Shown here: piece by piece, positions 1 through 7,417 of the stretch
Layout of the letters: each line of letters begins with the position of its first letter
Numbering within the stretch: position 1 is the stretch's first letter
Origin: an uncultured cyanobacterium
GTDB lineage: Bacteria > Cyanobacteriota > Cyanobacteriia > Phormidesmidales > Phormidesmidaceae
Reading direction: 5' to 3'
Assembly: GCA_963833005.1 (NCBI GenBank)
Contig: CAWHWK010000004.1
Location: 19,173 to 83,172 of the forward strand
DNA length: 64,000 nucleotides
The notes under the pieces: generated by a model
What the model saw: only the letters and a program-made list of their open reading frames with translations
The model's database searches: none
Told to the model about the DNA's origin: nothing
Made by a program: the position numbers and the translations under genes

Positions 1-423
1 TGAAAGTTCAACGGTGTTGGGCGCAAGGCGATCGCGCGTAACCGGCTGAGAAACGCCTTCTTTAATATCTATTGGCAGCTGTGTTGGCAGTGGAATAGCA
101 GAGGTATTGTCTAGGATGCCGGTTTGAATATCGAAAGCATTGTTGTCTATATATACTGAGCCGCTAGCAGCATCGTGTACTAGGTGGCTAGTAGAAGGTA
201 GCTGGGTGGTTGTTTGAGCGATCGCGATTTCTGTGTCGAGCGCAATACCCAGAACGCTCAGGCCACTACTTAGTAATAAAAATGCAACCGCTGTAGGGGC
301 GGATCGCGCAAGCGATCGCGTACTTTGTGCTGAACGACAGCTATTCGGAGGATTGTCATAAATAGAATCATCTGTGTGATCAATAACAGAATGAGTGAAA
401 AAAGTTTCTGGTAGAATGTTCAT
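1..423 (-). CDS. 5' part of a large secreted protein (partial, runs off the window start); paralog of the 45276..48242 product
   Basis: My own translation of the minus strand from ATG 423-421 is open for all 141 codons to position 1. It reads MNILPETFF...RSAPTAVAFLLLSSGLSVLGIAL...SGSVYIDNNAFDIQTGILDNTSAIPLPTQLP...RDRLAPNTVELS. This aligns with TGAVRIDNNSFIIQTGPLTNTSNIPLPSALP...RSRLAPNTIEFT near the N-terminus of the 988-aa protein. It is absent from the ORF track because no stop lies in the window. Confidence 0.6.
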   Translation of the reverse strand, partial: MNILPETFFTHSVIDHTDDSIYDNPPNSCRSAQSTRSLARSAPTAVAFLLLSSGLSVLGIALDTEIAIAQTTTQLPSTSHLVHDAASGSVYIDNNAFDIQTGILDNTSAIPLPTQLPIDIKEGVSQPVTRDRLAPNTVELS

Positions 424-548
424 TCTTAGGCACCGGATTGTGTACAGGAAGCTCGTATATTGAACATATCGACGTCCTGACAACCTTTTTTGATGTGAGA
501 TCCAGTTTTTGATCTGTAGCTCTGTATAAAAAATCTGCAAATAGCCAC

Positions 549-579
549 AAAAAAGCCTGTAATCAAAGGGTTACAGGCT
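549..579 (-). terminator. Rho-independent terminator-like hairpin (minus strand)
   Basis: The stem is GCCTGTAA (555-562) paired with TTACAGGC (571-578), with an 8-nt loop. The A-run 549-554 on plus gives a T-run after the hairpin on minus. No annotated gene ends here. Confidence 0.4.
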
Positions 580-1023
580 CTTGAAATGCTTACTTTTGCT
601 TGGTTTTCTTTTGATATCATCGTTTGTGCTATCGTTTGTTGCCTCGTGGCCAATTCGTACCAGTCATGCCTGAAACGACCGGAGCAAGAGGATCCGAGGC
701 AATTTTAGAGAAATGCAAAATATTCTTCTTTCTACATATATTTAAGAAAAGGAATGCTGAAAAAAACAAACAAAAAGAGAATGGTTTTTTTAATTCTTTA
801 AACCACTTTTATGACACTGATTGTGGCGGCCTATTTTGTAAGCAATGACAGATGATGTTTACAGGTAGTCTCATAGCACTTTTGGGTTTCTACTTTCCCC
901 CAGGGCTCTTTGTTTGACTATAGTTGATTGATATTTTAGCTAACATTCAGATTACCGTATTACACCGAGAAGCAATGTGTCAGTTTACACAACTGGATTT
1001 CTATTCCCATGGTTTCTTCACTT

Positions 1024-1058
1024 AAAAAAGCGTGGCTAATTTCAAGGATTAGCCACGC
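1024..1058 (-). terminator. Rho-independent terminator of the CAP/RTX gene
   Basis: An 11-bp perfect stem GCGTGGCTAAT (1030-1040) pairs with ATTAGCCACGC (1048-1058), with a 7-nt loop. The A6 run 1024-1029 gives T6 after the hairpin on minus. It lies 38 nt downstream of the stop at 1096. Confidence 0.65.
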
Positions 1059-1095
1059 AGTATAGCCCTGTGCCAATGAACAAATCGGCTATGGT

Positions 1096-2151
1096 TTACA
1101 CGAACGTAAACGCACCGCTGTTGAGCTGAGCGCTCGTTTTAATAACAGCAATCAGCTCATCTTGCTGACCATTGGGGCTATCAATAAAGAGGGCCCTGCC
1201 GCTTTCCACGCCCTGCGGGGACGACCCCAGACGGTAGTTATACTTTGCACTGAGCTGAATGACATCGCCTTGCCCACGGTTAAAGTCGGTGATCAGGGCA
1301 TAGTCCTTCAGGCCCATCGACCCCGACTGGCCATCATCATAAAAGGTGCTGCTTTTGTCACCTAAAACAAAGCGATCGCCGCCACCGCCGCCAGTGAGAA
1401 CATCTTTCTCATTCGGCTTGTTTTGAGATGAGCCCTGCAGCACATCTTTGCCACTGCCACCCAAGAGCTGGTCGTTACCCGCCTCTCCAAAAAGCTTGTC
1501 ATCGCCGCTACCGCCAACTAGCCGATCGTTACCAGCGCCAGCATTAATCGCATCATTGCCCTGCCGACCATAAAGGCTTTGATTAGCAGACCCACCAACC
1601 AGCTTATCGGCTCGGTTCGTCCCGTTAATCACCGACCGGTTGTTAAAGGTCGGCTCTGGCGTAGGTGTGGATATAGGCGTGGGTGTAGGCTTAGCCTTGG
1701 CAGGCGTTGAAGTCGATGTTGTAATCGTGCCTTTACCAAATACCTGAGTCCAGTAGCTGTTGTAATTGACGCTGCCGGTATCATTTTGAAGAAAGTAGTA
1801 GCCCAGGCCAATCTCGTTGTAAGCAGGGTTTAGCATATTAGCCCGATGGCCAGGGCTGTTGATCCAGCCGTCGACAACTTCCTTTGGCGTTCGGTAGCCT
1901 GCTGCAATGTTTTCACCCACAGTCTTAGACTCGTAGCCCGCAGCGTCAGTCCGGTCCCACGGTTTTGTGCCATCGTTTCCAGTGTGGCTGAAAAAGTCTA
2001 GCGTAGCCATGTCCAGAGAATGCTTATCGGCAGCTTTCTCCAGATTTTGATCAATAACAAGTGCGTTTAGCCCGTTGCTTTGGCGAAACTCATTGGTAAG
2101 TTTCAGGACTTCTTGTTCAAATGCACTATTTTGCATAGGTTTCTTGTTCAC
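1096..2151 (-). CDS. Secreted CAP/SCP (PR-1-like, YkwD-type) domain protein with C-terminal RTX calcium-binding repeats
   Basis: The N-terminal half shows CAP-domain motifs (FSHTG, GENIAAGY, GWINSPGHRANML, YNEIGLGY). A Pro/Thr linker follows. Then come nonapeptide repeats GGSANQSLYGRQGNDAINAGAGNDRLVGGSGDDKLFGEAGNDQLLGGSGKDVL (GGxGxD type). Confidence 0.85.
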   Translation of the reverse strand: MNKKPMQNSAFEQEVLKLTNEFRQSNGLNALVIDQNLEKAADKHSLDMATLDFFSHTGNDGTKPWDRTDAAGYESKTVGENIAAGYRTPKEVVDGWINSPGHRANMLNPAYNEIGLGYYFLQNDTGSVNYNSYWTQVFGKGTITTSTSTPAKAKPTPTPISTPTPEPTFNNRSVINGTNRADKLVGGSANQSLYGRQGNDAINAGAGNDRLVGGSGDDKLFGEAGNDQLLGGSGKDVLQGSSQNKPNEKDVLTGGGGGDRFVLGDKSSTFYDDGQSGSMGLKDYALITDFNRGQGDVIQLSAKYNYRLGSSPQGVESGRALFIDSPNGQQDELIAVIKTSAQLNSGAFTFV

Positions 2152-2693
2152 AATAAAAGACTAGATCTTGAAAAAGGCAAATGCATTTGAAAGTGCGACT
2201 ATATTCACACTTTGCGAGGCTAATAGAAATTTAGTGACGATTTTCAAGATCTTCTTTTACAGCAAAGTAAGAACGTCTCCTTACTTCGCACCGACAGAAG
2301 CTATCGGTGATGAGGCCCGCTTTACTAGCGGATTTTACTTCAGGATAAAAGTCACTTCAAGCTAAAAATGAGAAGCTGAAGATAAGTGACTAGGTAGTTG
2401 CTTCTGGCGGCTATATTCCCGGATGCTATGTCCGGACGAAATGCCGGAAATATTGGCTCAAAATGTTGGCTCGAAATGTTGACGCTATGCTGTCACCGTT
2501 TAGGCGATCGTTTTTCTGTTGTGGTCACTTTCTTATTTTTCTCTTATCCCTGTATAGCGATAAGTTGAACGCGAAAGAACTCTGACGGCAATGCACTTCG
2601 GCCAGTCTAGAACCTGTTTTAATGACTGTCAATCTTTTAGTGCCAGTTTGAGGATGCAGCCCAATCAGAAGATCTTATCGCTGCTGCTGTCGT

Positions 2694-3398
2694 CTATGGC
2701 TGCTGTTTATGGCTGTTATCTGTAGTTGCGGTCTGAGCACGCCGTCTAATTAGCCCGGTAATCAGCGTCAACCCAAAGATACTCAAAAGCGCCACCCAAG
2801 CGACTAATTTTCCATTTTCGACTGGGCCTACCCCTTCTGAAAACAGCCCTGCGCCTAGCGCTACAAAAGGAGGGTTAGAAACGGCAATGCTAATTACTAG
2901 GGCGGGCAAAAACTTTTTCCAGGGCGTGCGGGCTAGCCCAGCGCCGTAGGCCACAAAGTCGAAGAAGCTGGTCATCATCAGCGCGCTCATCAGAAAAAAG
3001 TTGTTCTCTAAGTTTTTTTGGCTGAAGCTGTCTACTTTTGACATAAAGCGATCGCCCACTAACCGACTGATAAAAGCTCGGCCAAACCTAGAGGCCAGCC
3101 AAAAACTCAGCGAGCAAGATAGCAGGTCGGACAGGCAAACCACTGCCATACCCCTACCAAACCCCAACAGCCCGCCAGATAGAACAGAGTAAGCGGTGCC
3201 GGGTAAAGCCGGAATCACGACGCTGGTAAAGCGCAGGCAAAATAAGCCTAGCGGTGCCCACACGCCAAGCTGCTCAACATAGGCCCTAATTTCTTCCTTG
3301 CCAATGCCGAGCTGCTTCATGACGACAAGTGGAATGGCCACAATGGCTATCAGCGTGATGAACCCTAAGATTTTGCGCGATCGCTTGTTCATTGACAT
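2694..3398 (-). CDS. DedA/TVP38-TMEM64 (VTT/SNARE-associated) family membrane protein
   Basis: A multi-TM protein with a VTT-type core: ALPGTAYSVLSGGLLGFGRGMAVVCLSDLLSCSLSFWLASRFGR. Confidence 0.75.
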   Translation of the reverse strand: MSMNKRSRKILGFITLIAIVAIPLVVMKQLGIGKEEIRAYVEQLGVWAPLGLFCLRFTSVVIPALPGTAYSVLSGGLLGFGRGMAVVCLSDLLSCSLSFWLASRFGRAFISRLVGDRFMSKVDSFSQKNLENNFFLMSALMMTSFFDFVAYGAGLARTPWKKFLPALVISIAVSNPPFVALGAGLFSEGVGPVENGKLVAWVALLSIFGLTLITGLIRRRAQTATTDNSHKQQP

Positions 3399-3483
3399 AT
3401 CTACAAACGGTATGCATCAGCATAATCGAAATCAGGCCCTTGCAAAAGACTAGGCCGCCTTCTATCACATGGTTCTATAGCGT

Positions 3484-3548
3484 GCTTTTCCCACTGTAGA
3501 AAAGTACGCTGTAGAAAAGTACGCTATAGAAAAGTACAGTGGGAAAAG
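3484..3548. repeat. 14-bp inverted repeat enclosing three 15-bp tandem units
   Basis: The arms are CTTTTCCCACTGTA (3485-3498) and TACAGTGGGAAAAG (3535-3548). Overlapping and between them are GTAGAAAAGTACGCT x2 (3496-3525) and ATAGAAAAGTACAGT (3526-3540). The element sits in the divergent intergenic region between 3398(-) and 3619(+). Confidence 0.85.
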
Positions 3549-3583
3549 TGCCATAAAATATCTGAATAAATCAGTAAAACCTC

Positions 3584-3613
3584 GTAGACTTCAGAAAAGT
3601 AGACTTCAGAAAT
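3584..3613. repeat. 15-bp tandem repeat x2 immediately 5' of the lipoprotein start
   Basis: GTAGACTTCAGAAAA (3584-3598) is followed by GTAGACTTCAGAAAT (3599-3613). The ATG is at 3619. Confidence 0.85.
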
Positions 3614-3618
3614 CATAT

Positions 3619-4275
3619 ATGCGATACCTTTTAGCCCTTCTATCAGTAGGTTTCCTTTTAATGGGATGCACTGGCGGCGATACTGCCAACAACAGGGCGA
3701 TCGCGCCAGAAGGCTCATCAGAAGACTCACCAGCAGCAGCAGAAAACCCTGATGACATAGAGGTCGCTGAGGCTGACGAGGCATCTGACAGCGCTGATGA
3801 AGATGAATCGGCTACCGCAGACGAAGAGGGGGCGGATGAAAACGGGGGTGACGAAGAGGGGAGCGATGAAGAGGGAGAAGACGATACAGCAGGCTTGAAC
3901 CAAACGAACGTAGAGCTGGTTGTCAAAAGCCAGACAACGGGCGGCCAGATTATAGTTGAAACCGTGGCCACTGCCCGAGACGGCTGGGTCTCTGTCCATA
4001 GAAGCCAGTCGGACGGCAGCATTTTGCTCTCTGAGGGGATGGGCGAAGCTCGGGTTGATTCGGGTGATAGCGAAGATGTGATCATAGACTTGTGGGAAGC
4101 GCCTGCTATTGACGAGAAGCTTTGGGTGCTGCTGCACATTGACGCAGGCGATCGCGGCGAGTATGAATTTCCAGGCAAAGATCAAGCCGTACAGAAAAAC
4201 GGAGAAATCGTGGCCCGCTCTTTCACCATAAAAGATTCAAATTCGGACGACGACACGGAAGAAGACGCCGAATAG
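3619..4275 (+). CDS. Acidic lipoprotein with a C-terminal beta-rich domain (DUF7282-like by eye)
   Basis: It has a signal peptide and lipobox (MRYLLALLSVGFLLMGC), then a long D/E-rich low-complexity linker. The C-terminal domain reads GGQIIVETVATARDGWVSVHRSQSDGSIL...LWVLLHIDAGDRGEYEFPG. The domain family assignment is tentative. Confidence 0.65.
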   Translation: MRYLLALLSVGFLLMGCTGGDTANNRAIAPEGSSEDSPAAAENPDDIEVAEADEASDSADEDESATADEEGADENGGDEEGSDEEGEDDTAGLNQTNVELVVKSQTTGGQIIVETVATARDGWVSVHRSQSDGSILLSEGMGEARVDSGDSEDVIIDLWEAPAIDEKLWVLLHIDAGDRGEYEFPGKDQAVQKNGEIVARSFTIKDSNSDDDTEEDAE

Positions 4276-4505
4276 TGAGCCGAATAACAGGCCGAGAGTC
4301 TAAGGCTACGATGCCGATTAGTCGGTCTCACCCTGTGCCGCTCAAATCAAGCTAATCGATCAAGCCCATAAATCAAGCTCATAGACAATTGTCAACAGGG
4401 AAGGCATAATAAAGAGCAAAGAGACTCACGAAAAAGTTGAAAGCTTTTCTTAAATGCTTAGGGAAGGACATTCAGAGCCGTTAAGTCAGCTTCGTCAGAT
4501 CTTGT

Positions 4506-4577
4506 GCGGGTATAGCTCAGTGGTAGAGCGTTTGCTTCCCAAGCAAAATGTCGCGCGTTCGAATCGCGTTACCCGCT
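4506..4577 (+). tRNA. tRNA-Gly (anticodon CCC)
   Basis: The cloverleaf was folded by hand. Acceptor GCGGGTA/TACCCGC, D-arm GCTC-AGTGGTA-GAGC, anticodon arm TTTGC-TTCCCAA-GCAAA, T-arm GCGCG-TTCGAAT-CGCGT, discriminator T. No CCA is encoded. Confidence 0.9.
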
Positions 4578-4690
4578 TCCTTTCAAAAACCCTTTATCTA
4601 CAGAACTTTTAGAGGATTCTATTTCTCTGTTATCGTTGCTAATCGAGCCATTTAATTAGAAAAATTCAGGTGCTGATTGAGGTGGGCTTG

Positions 4691-5471
4691 TCAGAACTTT
4701 AGTAGATCGGCAATTTCTTTGTAGGCATAGGTAAGGCGATCGCCCAAAATTTGAATCACCGCCGATTGAAATGCGGTGGCTACCTCAGGGTGTTCCTGCT
4801 TCATCTGCTGGAAGCTTGCTGTGGAGAGCCGATAGAGCGTACTGGGCGCTTCTACAATGGCGGTAGTCTGATGCGTCGAGTGGCGAAAGAAGTCTATAGC
4901 GCCAACGACATTGCCCGCTCCTAGCGCCTGAATGCGGTGAGTTTCCCCCTCTTTCTCTTTTAGATACACTGTTACCTCTCCTACTTCGATCAGGTCAATG
5001 GCATCGGCAGGTTGACCTTTGTGATAGACGTATTCGCCGGGTTCAGCGTCCCACTCTTCCAGATAATCAACAAACTCAGCGGCGACATCACGGACGGGAA
5101 AGAGATCGTTGAGCTGAATCAGTAGGGGAAGGGTGCGGGCGCGCCGCATAGGAATCACACCCAGCAGATCATTTTCACACCACTCTAGGCCATGATCGCG
5201 ATCTAGAAATGCCTGACAGGCCGAATCATCCGGGAGCAAACAGCCGCCACGCTTGAGCTGTGTGCGAATGGCTGGCCTAAGATTGGTTAGCACCAGCCTA
5301 ATATCTTGCTGTTGTAGAAGCTGCTTAAGTCGAACAAAGCTAAGCACCGCCGAGGAATCTAACCCGTTGACCGCTTGAAAGTTTAGCACCACATACTTTA
5401 AGGGCATCAGGGCGGTGTCTTCTAATCGGGCTTTCACGGCATTCAGCAGCGTATTGGCGGTGCAAAAAAAA
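4691..5471 (-). pseudogene. 3' fragment of a STAS + cyclic-nucleotide-binding domain gene, truncated by the IS66 element
   Basis: The frame stays open upstream of the called GTG to the IS boundary (..FFCTANTLLNAVKARLEDTALMPLKYVVLNFQAVNGLDSSAVLSFVRLKQLL..IRLVLTNLRPAIRTQLKRGG, a STAS core). It continues with a cNMP-binding beta-barrel (GEYVYHKGQPADAIDLIEVGEVTVY...ALGAGNVVGAIDFF). No plausible native start or promoter is present. Confidence 0.65.
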
Positions 5472-7113
5472 GTAAGGATTCAGGGGGTATGTAAGTTGTG
5501 TGGCGAAGAATCAGCAGGAAAAGCTGTTAGATTAAGCGAATGAAAGAGCCATCTGCTCGGCTGAGTTCCAAGATAAGTGAATCAGACTGGGAAAAGACCC
5601 CCCCAAGCGTCAAAGCATTGGTGGAGAGTCTGTTGAGCAGAATTGACAACTTGGAGAGACAGTTCGAGACGCTAAAAGAGGAGAATCGCGAGCTCAGAGA
5701 GGAGAACAAGCATCTTAGAGCGGAAAATGAGGGTCTAAAAGAACAGCTCAAGCGCAACAGCAAGAATTCATCACAACCGCCGTCAGCGGACAAGTTCAAA
5801 GGATTCAAGGCACCGCCAAAAAGCGGTCGCAAGCGGGGCGCTCAGCCCGGTCACGAAGGCAAGGGACAAAAGCGATATCCGCCGGAGTCGTGTGAGCGAA
5901 TCGAGAATTATTACCCGAAGGAATGCCATCGCTGTGGCAGCGCCTTAACAGGAGCAGACCCGGAAGCGCACTGGGTGCAGAAGGTGGAGTTGCAGAAGGT
6001 GGAGTTGCCGAAGATAGAGCCGGTCGTCGTCGAGCATCGCTTTCACCAGCTCGAATGTGAATGCTGTGGTGCCCTGACGCGAGGGTGGGACGAGGCGATT
6101 ATCAACAGCTCTGCCTATGGCGAGCGCCTGAGCGCCCTAGTGGGCTGGCTGTGTAGCGTGGGGCATCAATCGCATCATCAGGTGCAAGCCTTGCTGGATA
6201 AAGCGTTCAATATCGAGATATCGACTGGCGGCATCAACCGGGTTCGCTGTGAGCTATCGGCCTCATTGGCGGACATTGCCCAGGAGGCCGGAGAGTACGT
6301 GCGGGATGCAGCCATCGTCAACATGGATGAGACGAGCTTTGTTCAAGAGAACGGAGATGGTCACAATCCCCAGAAGACAAAAGGCTGGCTGTGGGTGGTA
6401 GTGACGCCTTTGGTGAGCTACTTCGAGATATTTCTCTCTCGCTCGAAGGTGGTTGCCCAGCAGATATTGGCAGAAGACTTTGGCGGTATTGTCGGCAGTG
6501 ACCGATGTGGGGCTTACGTTTGGTTGGCCAATGACCAGCGGCAGGTCTGTTGGGCACATCTCAAGCGGGACTTCACTAAGATTGCCGAGCGCAGCGGGGT
6601 ATCGGCGCAATTAGGGGCGGCATTGCTCAGGCAACAGAAGCGGTTGTTTACGGCTTGGTATCAGGTGCGCGATGGCACCCTCACTCGAACGGGCTTTGCT
6701 CAGCAGGTGAAACCCATTCGAGCAGAAATCAAGCGCTTACTCGAAGAAGGCGCTAACTATGACGTGGCCACCGGAGAGAAGACGCCCTTGGCCAAGACGA
6801 GGGGCACCTGTCGCAAGATGCTGAGCGTTGAAACGGCCTTTTGGACTTTTGTCGGACGAGAAGGGGTCGAACCGACGAATAATGCGGCTGAACGAGCCCT
6901 TCGGCCTGCCGTGTTGTGGCGCAAACATAGTTTTGGCTCCAACAGTGAAGCGGGCAGCCGCTTTGTCGCTCGCATGATGACGACGGTGACAACCTTGAAG
7001 GCTCAACAGCGCTCTCCTCTTGATTTCCTCGCTCAGGCTCTGCAAGCCTCTCGTAAAGGACTTCCTAGACCGTCGCTGATCCCAACAATCGGCAGTACCC
7101 TCTGAATCTTTAC
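5472..7113 (+). mobile_element. IS66-family insertion sequence (single-ORF type), 1642 bp
   Basis: The terminal inverted repeats are GTAAGGATTCAGGGGGTA (5472-) and TACCCTCTGAATCTTTAC (-7113), matching at 16 of 18 positions and starting GTAAG/GTAAA as IS66 ends do. The element encloses the transposase. The flanking 8-mers differ (AAAAAAAA vs CAATTAAC), so no target-site duplication is visible. Confidence 0.85.
5540..7105 (+). CDS. IS66-family transposase
   Basis: It has an N-terminal leucine-zipper-like coiled coil (LERQFETLKEENRELREENKHLRAENEGLKEQL). Zn-finger cysteines follow (CHRCGS...CECCG). A DDE region follows (MDETSF...GSDRCGAY...CWAHLKRDF), then an IS66 C-terminal motif (NNAAERALRP). 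There is an in-frame 15-bp tandem duplication at 5977-6006 (VQKVELQKVEL). Confidence 0.9.
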   Translation: MKEPSARLSSKISESDWEKTPPSVKALVESLLSRIDNLERQFETLKEENRELREENKHLRAENEGLKEQLKRNSKNSSQPPSADKFKGFKAPPKSGRKRGAQPGHEGKGQKRYPPESCERIENYYPKECHRCGSALTGADPEAHWVQKVELQKVELPKIEPVVVEHRFHQLECECCGALTRGWDEAIINSSAYGERLSALVGWLCSVGHQSHHQVQALLDKAFNIEISTGGINRVRCELSASLADIAQEAGEYVRDAAIVNMDETSFVQENGDGHNPQKTKGWLWVVVTPLVSYFEIFLSRSKVVAQQILAEDFGGIVGSDRCGAYVWLANDQRQVCWAHLKRDFTKIAERSGVSAQLGAALLRQQKRLFTAWYQVRDGTLTRTGFAQQVKPIRAEIKRLLEEGANYDVATGEKTPLAKTRGTCRKMLSVETAFWTFVGREGVEPTNNAAERALRPAVLWRKHSFGSNSEAGSRFVARMMTTVTTLKAQQRSPLDFLAQALQASRKGLPRPSLIPTIGSTL

Positions 7114-7303
7114 CAATTAACACCATCGCCACATGTCCAGTATTTTCGGTAACTGAAAAAATATAGTCATCTTTATCCCGAGCAAGGGAAACTTTTAGGT
7201 CATCTACAACCTCCTCTAGCTCGTGCTTGTAAAGTGCCTGTGCCATTTTTCTGTCGTCAAGCAGCGCCTTTTTGAGCAGTTTTGTAATTTGTTTGATAGT
7301 CAT
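7114..7303 (-). pseudogene. 5' fragment of a small-domain gene, probably the N-terminus of the STAS/cNMP gene split by IS66
   Basis: MTIKQITKLLKKALLDDRKMAQALYKHELEEVVDDLKVSLARDKDDYIFSVTENTGHVAMVLIG runs straight into the IS66 right end. The rest of the 188-aa track ORF is read-through of IS sequence. ...GHVAMVLIG resembles STAS strand 1-2 and would be continued by ..FFCTANTLL.. on the other side. Confidence 0.45.
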
Positions 7304-7417
7304 GGGCGTATTGCAATCGTCTTCCTGATTACTTAATGCTTAATGTAGTTTGCTCTCTCATCTTGTACGATGTTTCTCAACGTCTCAGCTAGCAGTTAGC
7401 CCTATCGACTTCTGACA

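Noticed and set aside
426-848. Track ORFs 426..653(-) and 624..848(+) in the AT-rich gap.
   Set aside because: Neither has a recognisable motif, and their composition is dominated by AT-rich codons. One spans a terminator-like hairpin. They are more likely non-coding.
3496-3540. GTAGAAAAGTAC units considered as NtcA binding sites.
   Set aside because: The NtcA consensus is GTA-N8-TAC. Here the spacing is N6, and no register across units gives N8.
3606-4185. Long minus-strand ORFs (190 aa, 152 aa) antisense to the acidic lipoprotein gene. Similar shadow ORFs lie opposite carB (e.g. 41839..42366, 43443..43847), the caspase gene, leuS and the GT39 gene (62756..63433).
   Set aside because: They lie entirely within better-supported genes on the other strand. 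They have Ser/Pro/Arg/Ala-rich low-complexity composition typical of antisense frames in GC-rich DNA, and show no recognisable motifs.
6737-7303. 188-aa minus-strand ORF overlapping the IS66 transposase 3' end.
   Set aside because: Only the first 63 codons (7303..7114) lie outside the IS. The rest is read-through into the IS terminal region antisense to the transposase. It is treated as a gene fragment rather than a real 188-aa protein.
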